Source of the DNA: Ignavibacteriales bacterium
Lineage (GTDB): Bacteria > Bacteroidota > Ignavibacteria > T3Sed10-11
Direction: 5' to 3'
NCBI GenBank assembly: GCA_003562775.1
Contig: PWTU01000538.1
Coordinates: 7,161-71,160 of the forward strand
Length of the DNA: 64,000 nt
Under the pieces are notes generated by a model. The model did not search any database, was not told where the DNA came from, and saw only the letters and a list, made by a program, of their open reading frames with translations. The translations under genes were made by a program, and so were the position numbers. Positions 50,543-62,031 of the stretch are shown here, piece after piece; the stretch's first letter is position 1; every line of letters begins with the position of its first letter.

Positions 50543-52144
50543 TCATGGAATAATTGCAAACTCACCGCCGGCACGCACAACTTCAACCAGATAACTGAGT
50601 GATGCATTCATTAATTCAATAGCCGGCGCCGGATACACACCGAGGAATATCACGATAAGGGCAAGCGGTACGAGTGCGATCATTTCCCGTGCGTTGAGAT
50701 CCGGCAGATCCGTGTACTGCTCAGGCAGTTGTCCGAGAAATACCCGCTGCAGCGTCCACAACATATATGCAGCGGTCAGCACAATACCGGATACCGAAAT
50801 AATAGCCAGTGTTCGAAACGTATCGAATGCACCGAGGAATGAGAACAACTCGCTGACGAAACCGCTCAATCCCGGTAATCCAAGCGCCGCGAAAAATGCG
50901 ACCATAACCACACCGGTATATTTCGGCATCTGATTGGCGAGACCACCGAAATCATTCAACCCGCGCTTGTGTGTCCGGTCGTAGACGACACCCACAATCA
51001 AAAAGAGCATCGCGGTAATGGTGCCGTGATTAAACATCTGCAATACGGCGCCGACCATTCCCTGTGTATTCAGCGCCGCCATACCGAGCACGACAATACC
51101 CATATGCGAGACCGATGAATAAGCAATAAGTTTTTTAAAGTCCGTTTGTGCCATCGCACACAACGCACCGTAAATAATACTGATCACTCCGAGGATTGCC
51201 ATCGGATACATATAATGAATCGTAGCATCGGGGAAGATCGGATAACTGATACGGAGTAAACCGTACGTACCCATCTTAAGCAATACACCGGCAAGAATAA
51301 CGCTGATCGGCGTTGGTGCTTCGACGTGTGCATCGGGCAACCAGGTGTGGAACGGGAATAACGGTATTTTTATTGCAAAACCTATAAAAAGAAGAATCCA
51401 GGCAGCATAACTCCATGTAGTGTCGACTCCGTATAATACCGACCCGGGTTCAAAATTTGCGGGATCCATCATCATCAGGAGATTAAACGTATGTACTTTG
51501 TCACCCGTCGCAGGATCGATATAGGTAACACTGAAATAAAGCGCCAGCATTACAATAAGCATCAGTACGCTGCCGACAAAGGTATAGATAAAAAACTTGA
51601 TCGCTGCGTACTCACGCCGTTCACCGCCCCATATACCGATAAGAAAATACATCGGCAACAACATCACTTCCCAGAACACAAAGAAAAGAAAGAAATCAAG
51701 AGCTACGAAAACACCCATCATTCCGGTCGCCAACAGGAGATAGAGTGCGAAATATCCTTTCTCGAGACGCTCGATGTTCCACGATGAAATCGCTCCGATA
51801 AAACAAATAAGCGCGGTGAGGATAACCATCAACACACTTAACCCGTCGATACCGAGAAAGTAATTTATCTCGATTCTGCCTACCCACGGGACGGCTTCGA
51901 CCGTTATCCACCGGTACATCTCCACGAATTGAAAACTTTCCGGGTCATTAATGCCGAGCCAGCTCCGGTCGAACTTAGCAAATATGATCAAGGAAAGCAG
52001 CAACTGTAAGCCGGTTGCAACTACCGTTGTTACCCGGATCGCAAGCCCGCTCCCTTTCGGGAGAAGCAAGACGACTAACATTCCCAGTACGGGAAGGAAT
52101 ACAACCCAGGTTAAAATTCCGATGCCAAATATTGATAATTCCAT
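50543..52144 (-). CDS. nuoM: NADH-quinone oxidoreductase subunit M
   Basis: FFVFWEVMLLPMY, KIPLFPFHTWLPDAHVEAPT, IAYSSVSHMG. Confidence 0.95.
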   Translation of the reverse strand: MELSIFGIGILTWVVFLPVLGMLVVLLLPKGSGLAIRVTTVVATGLQLLLSLIIFAKFDRSWLGINDPESFQFVEMYRWITVEAVPWVGRIEINYFLGIDGLSVLMVILTALICFIGAISSWNIERLEKGYFALYLLLATGMMGVFVALDFFLFFVFWEVMLLPMYFLIGIWGGERREYAAIKFFIYTFVGSVLMLIVMLALYFSVTYIDPATGDKVHTFNLLMMMDPANFEPGSVLYGVDTTWSYAAWILLFIGFAIKIPLFPFHTWLPDAHVEAPTPISVILAGVLLKMGTYGLLRISYPIFPDATIHYMYPMAILGVISIIYGALCAMAQTDFKKLIAYSSVSHMGIVVLGMAALNTQGMVGAVLQMFNHGTITAMLFLIVGVVYDRTHKRGLNDFGGLANQMPKYTGVVMVAFFAALGLPGLSGFVSELFSFLGAFDTFRTLAIISVSGIVLTAAYMLWTLQRVFLGQLPEQYTDLPDLNAREMIALVPLALIVIFLGVYPAPAIELMNASLSYLVEVVRAGGEFAIIP

Positions 52145-52186
52145 TAACGATTCATCCTCCGAAATGATGAAGCTTTGAATTCAAAC

Positions 52187-54259
52187 TTAAAATGTCCTGA
52201 ATATAAAAAAGAATACTATAACACTGAATATCACAAACATAATGTACGTCTGCACCTTACCCGTCTGAAATTTTCGCAGTATCAGTCCCGAAAATCCGGT
52301 GAAATAAGCGGAGAAGTTAACCAGTCCGTCGATAACAACATTATCGAACCGACCGGTAAATTTCGACCACCAGCGCGTAATCGTTGCCGATCCGTTCACG
52401 ATACCGTCGATAATAAAATTATCAAACCATGCCGACAGGTTTGATAATCCCATCGTCCCGTTCACAACCGATTTATCATACATTTCATCAAAATTCCATT
52501 TATTATACGATAATGAATAGAGCGGCCCGGCTGCCTTCGCAAGATTATCGGCATTCAGTTTTCTGAATTGATAGACAACAAACGCGAAAAGAATACCAAG
52601 ACCGGCAATCACTATCGAAAGTATCATTGCAAGCGTATGCGCATGGTGTACCGCTTCCTTAAATACATCGGCGGCCACCGGCTGTACAACCGCAGGCACG
52701 ACACTCCTCGGTCGTTCGATTGCAAAATAAAACCAGCCGGAAGTTGCACCGAATGGATTAAAGCTATAGAAAATCCAGGTCGAAAATGCAGCAAACACAA
52801 TCAACGGAATGGTCATCACAGCAGGAGATTCATGGATATCGTCTAAACGCGACGGATCTGCATGATTCCCATGAAATGTAAGTATGAAGAGCCGGAACAT
52901 ATAAAACGCCGTCATACCCGCTACAATGAACGCAAGGAACGGAATTAAATAATGCCCGTTAACGCTTGCAAATCCGAGCGTACCTGCAAGTATCTCATCC
53001 TTGCTGAGAAATCCCGACGTAAGCGGAACACCGGAGATTGCCAATGTAAATATAAGGAAGGTTAGATAGGTAACCGGCATTTTATTTTTCAATCCTCCCA
53101 TATTTCGTATATCCTGAGGATCGGTCCGGTGATCATGTTTCTTATGCAGCGCTTCGTGCATCGCATGAATAACCGATCCGGAACCGAGGAACAAGCCGGC
53201 TTTAAACGATGCGTGTGTCACCAGATGAAAAAATCCGGCGGTATATGCACCGGTTCCCAACGCCATGACCATATAGCCGAGCTGGCTGATCGTCGAGTAA
53301 GCGAGTACTTTTTTGATATCGAATTGTGTGATTGCAATAGTCGCGGCGATGAATGCCGTAATCGCGCCGATATACGTAATCACCATAAGGGCGTCGCCGG
53401 TCATAATTGCAAAGGTTCGTGCGATCAGATAAACACCGGCGGCAACCATTGTTGCGGCGTGAATCAATGCGCTGACGGGGGTCGGACCTTCCATCGCATC
53501 GGGCAACCAGGTGTGCAGGGGAAATTGCGCCGATTTACCGATCGCCCCGCAGAAGATTAAAATGCCTGCGGCAGTCAGCCATGCTTCACTGCCGAACGGT
53601 ATCATACCTATAGCAATCGAGTCGAATATCTTTTCAAACGTAAACGTTGAAAAGGTAACGAACAATATCATAATTCCGATGAACATACCCGCGTCGCCGA
53701 TGCGATTGACGATAAATGCTTTCTTGGCGGCATCGGAGGCAGACTTCTTTTCATACCAATGACCGATCAATAAATATGAACTGAGCCCGACCAGTTCCCA
53801 GAAAATGTACATCATCAGAAAATTGTGCGTTATCACGATTCCTAACATTGAAAAAGAAAACAAACCGAGATACGCAAAATACCGCGAGTACCGGACGTCT
53901 CCTTTCATATATCCGATAGAGAAAAGATGTACAAGAAAACTTACCAGGGTAACAACAACCAGCATGACCACAGAAAGATTATCGAGCATAATGCCCAGTT
54001 CAACGGATATGGGTCCGATAAACGGAACATCTCCGAAATCTATCCAGGTAAACTGACTAATGAATGTCTCGGCAGGATATGAAATTAACTTAACGAAAAG
54101 AATGATGAACGAGAGCAGCAATGTTATGCCGAGGATACCCGTGCCGAGCCAGTCGCCATGGCGTGGCAGCCGTTTACCGAAGAAGAGCAATACTACAAAA
54201 CCGAGCAACGGCAGAAATAATATATATAACGCGAACTGAATGAGTGTATCGGATGCCAT
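52187..54259 (-). CDS. nuoL: NADH-quinone oxidoreductase subunit L
   Basis: KSAQFPLHTWLPDAMEGPTPVSALIHAATMV, KKVLAYSTISQLGYM. Confidence 0.95.
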   Translation of the reverse strand: MASDTLIQFALYILFLPLLGFVVLLFFGKRLPRHGDWLGTGILGITLLLSFIILFVKLISYPAETFISQFTWIDFGDVPFIGPISVELGIMLDNLSVVMLVVVTLVSFLVHLFSIGYMKGDVRYSRYFAYLGLFSFSMLGIVITHNFLMMYIFWELVGLSSYLLIGHWYEKKSASDAAKKAFIVNRIGDAGMFIGIMILFVTFSTFTFEKIFDSIAIGMIPFGSEAWLTAAGILIFCGAIGKSAQFPLHTWLPDAMEGPTPVSALIHAATMVAAGVYLIARTFAIMTGDALMVITYIGAITAFIAATIAITQFDIKKVLAYSTISQLGYMVMALGTGAYTAGFFHLVTHASFKAGLFLGSGSVIHAMHEALHKKHDHRTDPQDIRNMGGLKNKMPVTYLTFLIFTLAISGVPLTSGFLSKDEILAGTLGFASVNGHYLIPFLAFIVAGMTAFYMFRLFILTFHGNHADPSRLDDIHESPAVMTIPLIVFAAFSTWIFYSFNPFGATSGWFYFAIERPRSVVPAVVQPVAADVFKEAVHHAHTLAMILSIVIAGLGILFAFVVYQFRKLNADNLAKAAGPLYSLSYNKWNFDEMYDKSVVNGTMGLSNLSAWFDNFIIDGIVNGSATITRWWSKFTGRFDNVVIDGLVNFSAYFTGFSGLILRKFQTGKVQTYIMFVIFSVIVFFFIFRTF

Positions 54260-54380
54260 TGTGTGTAGTTCTATATATGAATAATAATTAGTATTTTTTT
54301 TTGTTAATTGTTATTGGCTCATAGTCAACCGAGCGTTGGGATGAAGGACCATTAACAATTAACCAATAACGGTGACCAAT

Positions 54381-54728
54381 TCATTCCCGCAACGTGCTCA
54401 CTTCATCCACGTTGACGGTACTAAACTGCTGATAAATATTAAGAACGATGGCGAGTGCAATTGCCGCTTCGGCAGCCGCCAAAATGATAACAAACAGCGC
54501 GATAAGATGACCATCGAGTGCGAGGGTCGAATACCGGGTAAAAGCAATAAAATTAACATTAGCCGCATTCAATATTAACTCGATACCCATCAAGACCATA
54601 ATCACGTTCCGGCGAGTTATTACGGCGAGCAGCCCGAGAGAAAAAAGTATTGCGCTGATTATTAGAAAATGCTGTAATCCCGGCTCGGCGAGCCATTGTG
54701 GGATCTGAGCAATACAATATGCAATCAT
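54381..54728 (-). CDS. nuoK: NADH-quinone oxidoreductase subunit K
   Basis: RRNVIMVLMGIELILNAANVN, AAAEAAIALAI. Confidence 0.93.
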   Translation of the reverse strand: MIAYCIAQIPQWLAEPGLQHFLIISAILFSLGLLAVITRRNVIMVLMGIELILNAANVNFIAFTRYSTLALDGHLIALFVIILAAAEAAIALAIVLNIYQQFSTVNVDEVSTLRE

Positions 54729-54792
54729 AGTTTATCTCAAGAATAATTTAATCAATCCAACCGGGTCCCGGCGTCATTCCACATAGACGCAG

Positions 54793-55305
54793 TTATTTAG
54801 CTTGCGATTTCGCCCGCTCGCGAGCGGCCATCATAACGGCGCCGATCATCGCGACAAGAAGCAGCACGCCGGCTACCTGCATCGGCAGTATAAACTCATT
54901 GACTAATAATGCGCCGATACCGTAAACCGTCGTATCCCACTCCTGGTCGGGAATGATATTCCAATCGGTAACATAAAAAACGAAAATCAACATACCTGCA
55001 ATGATTGCCGTAAATAATGTCGCCGGCAATATATTGAGCGTACCGGTTTTCATCTCAACCGAGAATACCTTCGTCGTAAGCATCACACCGAATATAATAA
55101 GCACCAGTATACCGCCTACGTATACGAGGAGCTGCGTCACCGCAATGAAATCGGCATAGAGTAATACGTACAATGCCGCAACTCCGAAAAATGTAAACAT
55201 CAGTGCAACTGCAGAGTGGATAATATTACGAGCGAATACAACGACAAACGCCGAGACGACGGTCATTAAACCGAAAATATAAAAGAATATTGCGTAGAGA
55301 TCCAT
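54793..55305 (-). CDS. nuoJ: NADH-quinone oxidoreductase subunit J
   Basis: QLLVYVGGILVL, LLLVAMIGAV; position in operon. Confidence 0.93.
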   Translation of the reverse strand: MDLYAIFFYIFGLMTVVSAFVVVFARNIIHSAVALMFTFFGVAALYVLLYADFIAVTQLLVYVGGILVLIIFGVMLTTKVFSVEMKTGTLNILPATLFTAIIAGMLIFVFYVTDWNIIPDQEWDTTVYGIGALLVNEFILPMQVAGVLLLVAMIGAVMMAARERAKSQAK

Positions 55306-55310
55306 ACTTT

Positions 55311-55931
55311 TTAGGTTTCCGATTTTTTATCATCCGGTGAACTTTTTTTCTCATCCTCACCGGATTCCTGTTTTTTTGCTTTAGGTTTTTCACCCGCCGC
55401 CTTCTTCTTCTCCTCAGGCGATTTTTTTGCAGCAGCTTTGTCCGCCTGCCATTTCTCAAATTTCCGGTTCGCCTCTTCGACCTCCGCGGGTGTCATCGTA
55501 CTATAATTATAAACGAGATTGTGACGGTCGAACTCGGAGAACTCGTATACATCGGTCATCTTTATACATTCAGTCGGACATGGGTACACGCACAATCCGC
55601 AGTAACAGCACTTTGCAATGTCGATGTCGAACTTCGTTACCCACAGACGTTTCGGGTTTCCCGTCGAGGTAACGCCGAGATCGTCCGGCGGCACTGCTTT
55701 TACCGTTTCTATCGTAATGCAATTTACCGGACACGCCTTCGAGCATTGATCGCAGCCGATACAATCGTCCATGTTCACGTATAACCGGTTGCGTGCCCGA
55801 TCGGTCAGTTCCGGTTTAACGTCGGGATACTGGATCGTCACGGCTCTTGAAAACAGATGCCTGAACGTAACGCTCATACCGACCGCTATCGTATAAAATG
55901 AGTCCCAGATATCTTTGAAATAACGTTTCAT
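55311..55931 (-). CDS. nuoI: NADH-quinone oxidoreductase subunit I
   Basis: CIGCDQCSKACP and CCYCGLCVYPCP; Lys/Glu-rich C-terminal tail. Confidence 0.93.
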   Translation of the reverse strand: MKRYFKDIWDSFYTIAVGMSVTFRHLFSRAVTIQYPDVKPELTDRARNRLYVNMDDCIGCDQCSKACPVNCITIETVKAVPPDDLGVTSTGNPKRLWVTKFDIDIAKCCYCGLCVYPCPTECIKMTDVYEFSEFDRHNLVYNYSTMTPAEVEEANRKFEKWQADKAAAKKSPEEKKKAAGEKPKAKKQESGEDEKKSSPDDKKSET

Positions 55932-55980
55932 AATAAAATGTACTCCTTTCTCCTCTCCGAAATCACACGCTCAATAATTT

Positions 55981-57000
55981 TCAGAATATCATTTCCCATA
56001 ATGCAATTAATACAAGATTTATAAATGCTATAGGTATAAGATACTTCCAGCATACATCCATAAGTTGATCGACCCGCAGACGGGGCAGCGTCCACCTGAG
56101 CCACATTATCACAAATATGAAAAACATACCTTTAGAAATCATCCAGAATACGCCCCATAGCGGACCCGACATAAAGTCGCCGAACGGACTGTTCCACGCT
56201 CCGAAGAAAAGCACCGAACCGAGCAATGACACAAGGAGCATGTCGGCGTATTCGGTTAACATAAACATACCCCATCGCATACCGGAATACTCGGTTTGAA
56301 ATCCGCCTACCAGCTCCGATTCTGATTCGGGAAGATCAAACGGCGTTCTGTTTACCTCGGCAAGCGACGATATGAAATAAAGTACGAATGCAATAAACAG
56401 GAAAGGATTGCTGAAGATTAACCAATTGAAAAGCGTTCCCGATTGCATCTCACTTATCGTCATCAGATTCAGTGTTCCTGTAACAACAATCACCGAAAGG
56501 ACCGCCACGACCGTGGGCACTTCATAACTGACAATCTGTGCCGATGTCCGCATTGCGCCGAGTAACGACCATTTATTGTTCGAGGCCCAACCTCCGATCA
56601 AAATACTCAGCGTTACAATCGATGTGACGGCAAGAATATAGAATGCACCGACATCAAGGTGAGCACCTACGTACTCACTGCTAAACGGAATAACGGCAAA
56701 CGCAGCATATGCCCCCATAAATGCAAGATACGGAGCAAATCTAAATAAGTGTTTATCCGCACGAGCTGGGACAATATCCTCCTTTTGTATCATCTTTATC
56801 ATATCGGCAATGGTCTGCGCCCAGCCGTGCCATCCACCGGTACGCATTGGACCGAGCCGATCCTGCATGTGCGCCGACACCTTCCGTTCAAGCCATACGG
56901 CAAACAATACATACGGAAAGACGACTATCATTGGCAGCGATGCATGGACCAAAAATGCCATAAGCGGGTGCGGTAAAAATTGTTCTAAGGTCTCAACCAT
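55981..57000 (-). CDS. nuoH: NADH-quinone oxidoreductase subunit H
   Basis: ERKVSAHMQDRLGP, AEVNRTPFDLPESESELVGG, TLPRLRVDQL. Confidence 0.95.
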   Translation of the reverse strand: MVETLEQFLPHPLMAFLVHASLPMIVVFPYVLFAVWLERKVSAHMQDRLGPMRTGGWHGWAQTIADMIKMIQKEDIVPARADKHLFRFAPYLAFMGAYAAFAVIPFSSEYVGAHLDVGAFYILAVTSIVTLSILIGGWASNNKWSLLGAMRTSAQIVSYEVPTVVAVLSVIVVTGTLNLMTISEMQSGTLFNWLIFSNPFLFIAFVLYFISSLAEVNRTPFDLPESESELVGGFQTEYSGMRWGMFMLTEYADMLLVSLLGSVLFFGAWNSPFGDFMSGPLWGVFWMISKGMFFIFVIMWLRWTLPRLRVDQLMDVCWKYLIPIAFINLVLIALWEMIF

Positions 57001-57034
57001 AATGTACCTGAAAAAGATGTTTTCTTAATTATCT

Positions 57035-58159
57035 CTATCTATCTATCTCGCCGAGTACGATATCTATGCTTCCGATAATTGCAACGATATCGGCAATCAT
57101 CGATCCACGTGAAATTGCCGGAAGTAAACTAAGATTTACAAAACAGGGCGAACGACCTTTCACTCGAAACGGACTCATTGAACCATCACTGATAATATAA
57201 TACCCAAGTTCACCACGCGGCGTTTCTGTTCGCGCATAAATTTCAGCTTCTGCAGGTCGAATACGTTTCGGGATTGCAGCTTTTACATCTCCCTCATCGG
57301 GCATTTGATCTATCGCCTGTTCAATAATTCGAATGCTCTGCTCCATCTCTCGTACCCGAACCATATACCTGTCCCAGCAATCGCCAACCGTACCCACTTC
57401 ACCGTTTCCGACCACCACATCGAATTCGAATCTGTCATAGATTGAATACGGGTCGTTACGACGCAAATCCCAGTTCACACCCGAACCCCGCAATACCGGG
57501 CCGGATGCTGCGTAGTTTAAAGCAACCTCTGCAGGTAAAACGCCGACATCCGCCGTCCGGTCAATAAAAATTTTGTTGTACGATAACAAATCATTATAAC
57601 CTTTTATTTTCGGCGGAAAGTACTTAATAAAATCACGGACTTTATCTTTAAAATTGGATGGCACATCATGGGACAGGCCGCCTACCCATATGTAATTATA
57701 CAACAATCTTGCGCCGCATGTCGATTCGAATATATCGAGAATTCTTTCCCGGTCACGGAAGCAGTGAAGAAACGGCGTGAATGCACCTATATCAAGTCCG
57801 TACGTACCGAGAGCAAGTAAATGGCTTGCAATCCGTTGAAGTTCAGCCATTATCACCCTGATGTATTCCACACGGTCAGGAATCTCAATTCCCAGTATTC
57901 TCTCAACTGCAATAGCATACCCGAGTTCGTTCGACATTGCAGCGACATAATCCATCCGGTCGACATAGGGAATGACCTGTTGATAGTCGTTCATCGATTC
58001 CGAATGTTTTTCAAAACAGCGATGTAAATAACCGATATGCGGTATGGCATCCACAACGATCTCGCCTTCAAGCACCAATTCCACACGTAAAACCCCGTGC
58101 GTCGACGGGTGCTGCGGCCCCATATTGATGACCATTTCTTCGGTTCGTATTTCCGGCAT
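57035..58159 (-). CDS. nuoD: NADH-quinone oxidoreductase subunit D
   Basis: [34 protein letters not shown]. Confidence 0.96.
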   Translation of the reverse strand: MPEIRTEEMVINMGPQHPSTHGVLRVELVLEGEIVVDAIPHIGYLHRCFEKHSESMNDYQQVIPYVDRMDYVAAMSNELGYAIAVERILGIEIPDRVEYIRVIMAELQRIASHLLALGTYGLDIGAFTPFLHCFRDRERILDIFESTCGARLLYNYIWVGGLSHDVPSNFKDKVRDFIKYFPPKIKGYNDLLSYNKIFIDRTADVGVLPAEVALNYAASGPVLRGSGVNWDLRRNDPYSIYDRFEFDVVVGNGEVGTVGDCWDRYMVRVREMEQSIRIIEQAIDQMPDEGDVKAAIPKRIRPAEAEIYARTETPRGELGYYIISDGSMSPFRVKGRSPCFVNLSLLPAISRGSMIADIVAIIGSIDIVLGEIDR

Positions 58160-58187
58160 AGTAGTTGACTCTAACTGAATAATCTGA

Positions 58188-58673
58188 TTAATACGGCACT
58201 TTCATACCGTGATAATACTCCTGGACTTTATAATCCTTGCGCAGAGGGTATCCCTCCCAATCGTCGGGACAGAGAATCCGGCGCAAATCCGGATGCCCGT
58301 CGAAGATGATACCTACCATATCATATGCTTCCCGTTCATGCCAGTTTGCAGTCTTCCAGACAGATTCAATCGATTGCACATGCGGATTATCTTCCGGAAC
58401 GATACATTTTAATGTTAACGAATGTTTTTTCCGAGTGGAATTAATATGGTAGGTTACCCCGAGAGAGTTATCTTTTTGATAATGGACACCGCTCAAGCAC
58501 ATAAGATAATCGAAATCGAGGTCATCGTCATCACGCAAAAATTTTGCCGCTTCTTTAATACTATCGGGTGCGACGATTATCCACGGTACTACCTTCGCAT
58601 CTTCTTTAAACGCAACCTTTTCTTCTCCGAACTTTATTTTTAGAATAGCATAAATTTCTTCAGGATTTTTCAT
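58188..58673 (-). CDS. nuoC: NADH-quinone oxidoreductase subunit C
   Basis: [26 protein letters not shown]...GYPLRKDY. Confidence 0.95.
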   Translation of the reverse strand: MKNPEEIYAILKIKFGEEKVAFKEDAKVVPWIIVAPDSIKEAAKFLRDDDDLDFDYLMCLSGVHYQKDNSLGVTYHINSTRKKHSLTLKCIVPEDNPHVQSIESVWKTANWHEREAYDMVGIIFDGHPDLRRILCPDDWEGYPLRKDYKVQEYYHGMKVPY

Positions 58674-58703
58674 TAGTGCTGCAGATTTTCGAAGTTATAT
58701 AAA

Positions 58704-59198
58704 TTAAGCGGTTTTTTTCTTTGCAAGACTTTCCGAACGAATTTTCTCATTTAGTTTCAGAAATCCTTCGAGCAGGGCTTCCGGTCGCGGCGGACAACCC
58801 GGGACATAAACATCGACCGGTATTACCCGATCTACACCTTTCATTACATGGTAGCCGTGTTCCCAATACGGCCCCCCGCACGTTGCACACGATCCCATAC
58901 TAATAACATAACGCGGCTCCGCCATCTGTTCGTACAAGCGCTTTATACGGGGACCCATTTTTATTGTTACGGTACCGGCAACGATCATCACGTCTGCCTG
59001 ACGGGGCGATGCGCGCGGTATAATGCCAAAACGGTCGAAATCGTAGTGCGATGCAGCGGTTGCCATCATCTCGATTGCACAGCACGCAAGGCCGAATTGC
59101 ATGTACCACAATGAAGATAACCGCGCCCAATTGAACACTTTATCGATAGAGGTAATAATTATGTTGCTGTTCTCAAATTTTTTATCGAGCAAACCCAT
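58704..59198 (-). CDS. nuoB: NADH-quinone oxidoreductase subunit B
   Basis: [30 protein letters not shown]. Confidence 0.96.
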   Translation of the reverse strand: MGLLDKKFENSNIIITSIDKVFNWARLSSLWYMQFGLACCAIEMMATAASHYDFDRFGIIPRASPRQADVMIVAGTVTIKMGPRIKRLYEQMAEPRYVISMGSCATCGGPYWEHGYHVMKGVDRVIPVDVYVPGCPPRPEALLEGFLKLNEKIRSESLAKKKTA

Positions 59199-59232
59199 AA
59201 AATACTCCGGTCACAAAACGTACTGCAATCGA

Positions 59233-59679
59233 TTAAGCCATTATTTCTTCGCGTTCCTCTTTCCGCACCGGCTCCTCGATAACACCGACTCCTTTTTCAT
59301 AACGCGGTATTCTCGGTTCCGGCTTATCCCAACGGAGATCGCCTTTCCCCAACTCATATGCAAAACCGACAAAGATAAGAGAGACGAAAACCGCCATCGC
59401 TCCGAATGCGTGCCACCCGAAATCCTGATACACTACCGCCCAGGGAAACAACAATACCACTTCGACATCAAATATTAAGAAAAGTAAAGCGACGACATAG
59501 AACCTGATGTTGAAACGTATCCAGGAATGTCCTACCGGGTCTTCACCGCATTCATAGGAAGTAAGTTTTTCATGTGAAGGTCGATTCGGACGAAGTAGCC
59601 AGGCTGCGATCATACTCCCTGCTACAACTAATATTCCTAATAGCATGAAGAGAAACACTTTGCCAAATTCTGTAAGCAT
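59233..59679 (-). CDS. nuoA: NADH-quinone oxidoreductase subunit A
   Basis: YECGEDP, FYVVALLFLIFDVE, KGDLRW. Confidence 0.95.
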   Translation of the reverse strand: MLTEFGKVFLFMLLGILVVAGSMIAAWLLRPNRPSHEKLTSYECGEDPVGHSWIRFNIRFYVVALLFLIFDVEVVLLFPWAVVYQDFGWHAFGAMAVFVSLIFVGFAYELGKGDLRWDKPEPRIPRYEKGVGVIEEPVRKEEREEIMA

Positions 59680-59861
59680 AAGATCACATCTTTCTTGCGT
59701 GCGGTTTTTTTGCAGGCGAAATAAAAGTTAGTTCAAGATACAAATGAATATAATAAAAATCAATAACTTAAAAACCGATACACGAAAAATTATTATACCA
59801 CATTTTTTAATCACCGCTGCATATAAAGGAACGTATGGACGACTTAAAAAGTGCAATAAAT

Positions 59862-60416
59862 TCATTCTTCCTCACGAGGATGCCACGGGATATCTTCCCT
59901 TCCCGACCGCCTGTTTGTAACCCTCGCGAGAACAAATAAGAGATCGGATAATCGATTGAGATAGATACAAACCAGGTTGTTAATATCTTCGACTTTCAAC
60001 AACTCGTAGGTCTCCCGTTCAGCGCGTCTGCAAACGGTTCGTGCAAAATGCAAGACGGAGGCACAGGTCGTGCCTCCGGGAAGAATAAAATATTTCAACG
60101 GCTCAAGCTCTTGCTCGTGAATATCAATTTCCCGCTCGAGCCGGTTTATATGCGAGTGTTCTACACGTACGGTATTGGGTTTTTGAATATCGCCGGGGGT
60201 GGCAAGGTCGGCGCCTACCACAAACAACTCGTTTTGCAACTGCCGTAATACATCGATTAGTTTTGCATCATCGGAAAGCGAGACGGCCATCCCGATTACG
60301 GCGTTGAGTTCGTCCACACTGCCGTATGCATGTATTCGCGGTGAATCTTTCGGAACACGCTTGCCGCCAAAAAGCGATGTTTCTCCTTTATCGCCGGTAC
60401 GTGTATATATTTTCAT
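59862..60416 (-). CDS. ATP:cob(I)alamin adenosyltransferase, PduO type
   Basis: MKIYTRTGDKGET, YGSVDELN, FILPGG, RTVCRRAER, YLNRLSDLLF. Confidence 0.93.
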   Translation of the reverse strand: MKIYTRTGDKGETSLFGGKRVPKDSPRIHAYGSVDELNAVIGMAVSLSDDAKLIDVLRQLQNELFVVGADLATPGDIQKPNTVRVEHSHINRLEREIDIHEQELEPLKYFILPGGTTCASVLHFARTVCRRAERETYELLKVEDINNLVCIYLNRLSDLLFVLARVTNRRSGREDIPWHPREEE

Positions 60417-61792
60417 TGCCCGTTACTCATTGCAGCAAGTGTATCGAAGAAATGAGCGGACGTTTTAATGCCGTTGTGGAAATTATCGAGATTGAAATGC
60501 TCATCGGGTGAATGCGGGTTATCATCCGGCAGCCCGAATCCGAGCAGCACCGGCGTTGTTTTCAACACCTGCTGAAACGTCACAACTATAGGAATTGAAC
60601 CGCCCTCTCGCTGCAGTAACGGTTTCTTGCCAAACCCTTTTTGAAGCGCTTCGGTTGCCGCCTGCACGCCGAGACTGTCGATCGGTGCAAGGGCCGGTTT
60701 GGCGCCGTGCATTTGTGTTAACTCGACCGTAACGTTTTTCGGTGTAATTTCCTTGATGTGCTTTTTGAACAAGCGCGCAATCTTGTTGGGATTCTGATCC
60801 GGCACAAGGCGCATACTTACTTTCGCGTGTGCCTTTGCGGGTAATACGGTCTTTGCACCTTCGCCGGTAAATCCGCTCCACATACCGTTAATCTCAAACG
60901 TCGGTCGAGCCCATACACGTTCGAGTGTACTGTATCCTTTCTCGCCGAACAATTCTTTCACCCCTAATTGTTTGGCATACTTCCTTTCGCTAAACGGTAA
61001 TTTAGCGAACGCCTCACGCTCCTTCTTGGTTAGCTTTCGAACATCTTCATAAAAACCGGGGATACGTATCTTCCCGTTTTTATCTTTCAACGATGCAAGC
61101 ATTTCAGCAAGCGCCTGCGCGGGATTTTGCACCGCCCCGCCGAACGATCCCGAGTGCAGATCACGGTTTGGCCCGGTCATATCGATCTGAAAATAGGATA
61201 AGCCGCGAAGCCCATAGCAAATCGTCGGAACACCTTTTGCATACATCGCGGTATCCGAGATTAATACCATGTCGGCTTTCAGCTTCTCTTTATTTTCGCG
61301 TACGAATTTTTCCAGATTTGCAGAACCTATTTCTTCTTCGCCTTCGATTACCATTTTGAGATTGACAGGCAGCGATCCGTTCTGTTTCATGTATGCTTCA
61401 ACGGATTTAAAATGAGTAAATACCTGTCCTTTGTCGTCGGTCGCTCCCCGTGCGTAAATATCTCCGTTGCGAATTATCGGCTCAAAGGGACCGGTCGTCC
61501 ATAGGTCAATCGGATCTACCGGTTGCACATCGTAATGACCGTACAAAAGCACGGTCGGTTTTCCGGGGGCACCCATCCATTCCGCATAGATAATCGGGTG
61601 ACCTTTTGTTTCTATAAACTCCACGTTCTCCATTCCTAAATCCCTGATATGCGATTCCACCCACTGAGCGCACCGGCGGGTTTCGTCTTTATGCTCCTGC
61701 AAAGCACTGATGCTCTCCATCCGTAAAAAATCACTTAATTCCTCAATGTACCTATTTTTGTTTTCTTCGATGTAAGATATGATCTTGTCCAT
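60413..61792 (-). CDS. M20 family dipeptidase (Dug1/CNDP-like)
   Basis: YGHYDVQP, ARGATDDKG, EGEEEIGS, DLHSG, GGSIP, HSPDE. Confidence 0.92.
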   Translation of the reverse strand: MDKIISYIEENKNRYIEELSDFLRMESISALQEHKDETRRCAQWVESHIRDLGMENVEFIETKGHPIIYAEWMGAPGKPTVLLYGHYDVQPVDPIDLWTTGPFEPIIRNGDIYARGATDDKGQVFTHFKSVEAYMKQNGSLPVNLKMVIEGEEEIGSANLEKFVRENKEKLKADMVLISDTAMYAKGVPTICYGLRGLSYFQIDMTGPNRDLHSGSFGGAVQNPAQALAEMLASLKDKNGKIRIPGFYEDVRKLTKKEREAFAKLPFSERKYAKQLGVKELFGEKGYSTLERVWARPTFEINGMWSGFTGEGAKTVLPAKAHAKVSMRLVPDQNPNKIARLFKKHIKEITPKNVTVELTQMHGAKPALAPIDSLGVQAATEALQKGFGKKPLLQREGGSIPIVVTFQQVLKTTPVLLGFGLPDDNPHSPDEHFNLDNFHNGIKTSAHFFDTLAAMSNGQ

Positions 61793-61965
61793 TACATAAC
61801 TCCTTGTTTCGGTAGGTGTAGATTATGAGTTACTTAACTATAGTTTTATCAAAGATAAGAACGTTCATGCAGAAATTCAAAAAAATCCGTTTTTATTCTC
61901 GACTTTTTTCAGTATTTTATTTCATAATTTGCCAAATTAAAGCGTGGTGTTGAATTTCTTGACAC

Positions 61966-61980
61966 TGGCACTATTTTTGA
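61966..61980 (+). promoter_or_regulatory. Candidate sigma54 promoter of ccsA-hemA
   Basis: TGGCACT-ATTT-TTGA, 51 bp upstream of the GTG start. Confidence 0.55.
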
Positions 61981-62031
61981 TTACTTTTTTACTAATATAC
62001 CACTTGTAGGATAATTTTAAAGACGGGTTTT

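Noticed and set aside
54301-54370. Imperfect inverted repeat between nuoK and nuoL as an ncRNA or mobile element
   Set aside because: A short AT-rich hairpin built from heptamer-like repeats; at most an mRNA stability element, with no support for a discrete element.
61793-61960. Cobalamin riboswitch upstream of the dipeptidase-pduO unit
   Set aside because: The region is AT-rich and lacks the conserved B12-box and GGGAA elements.
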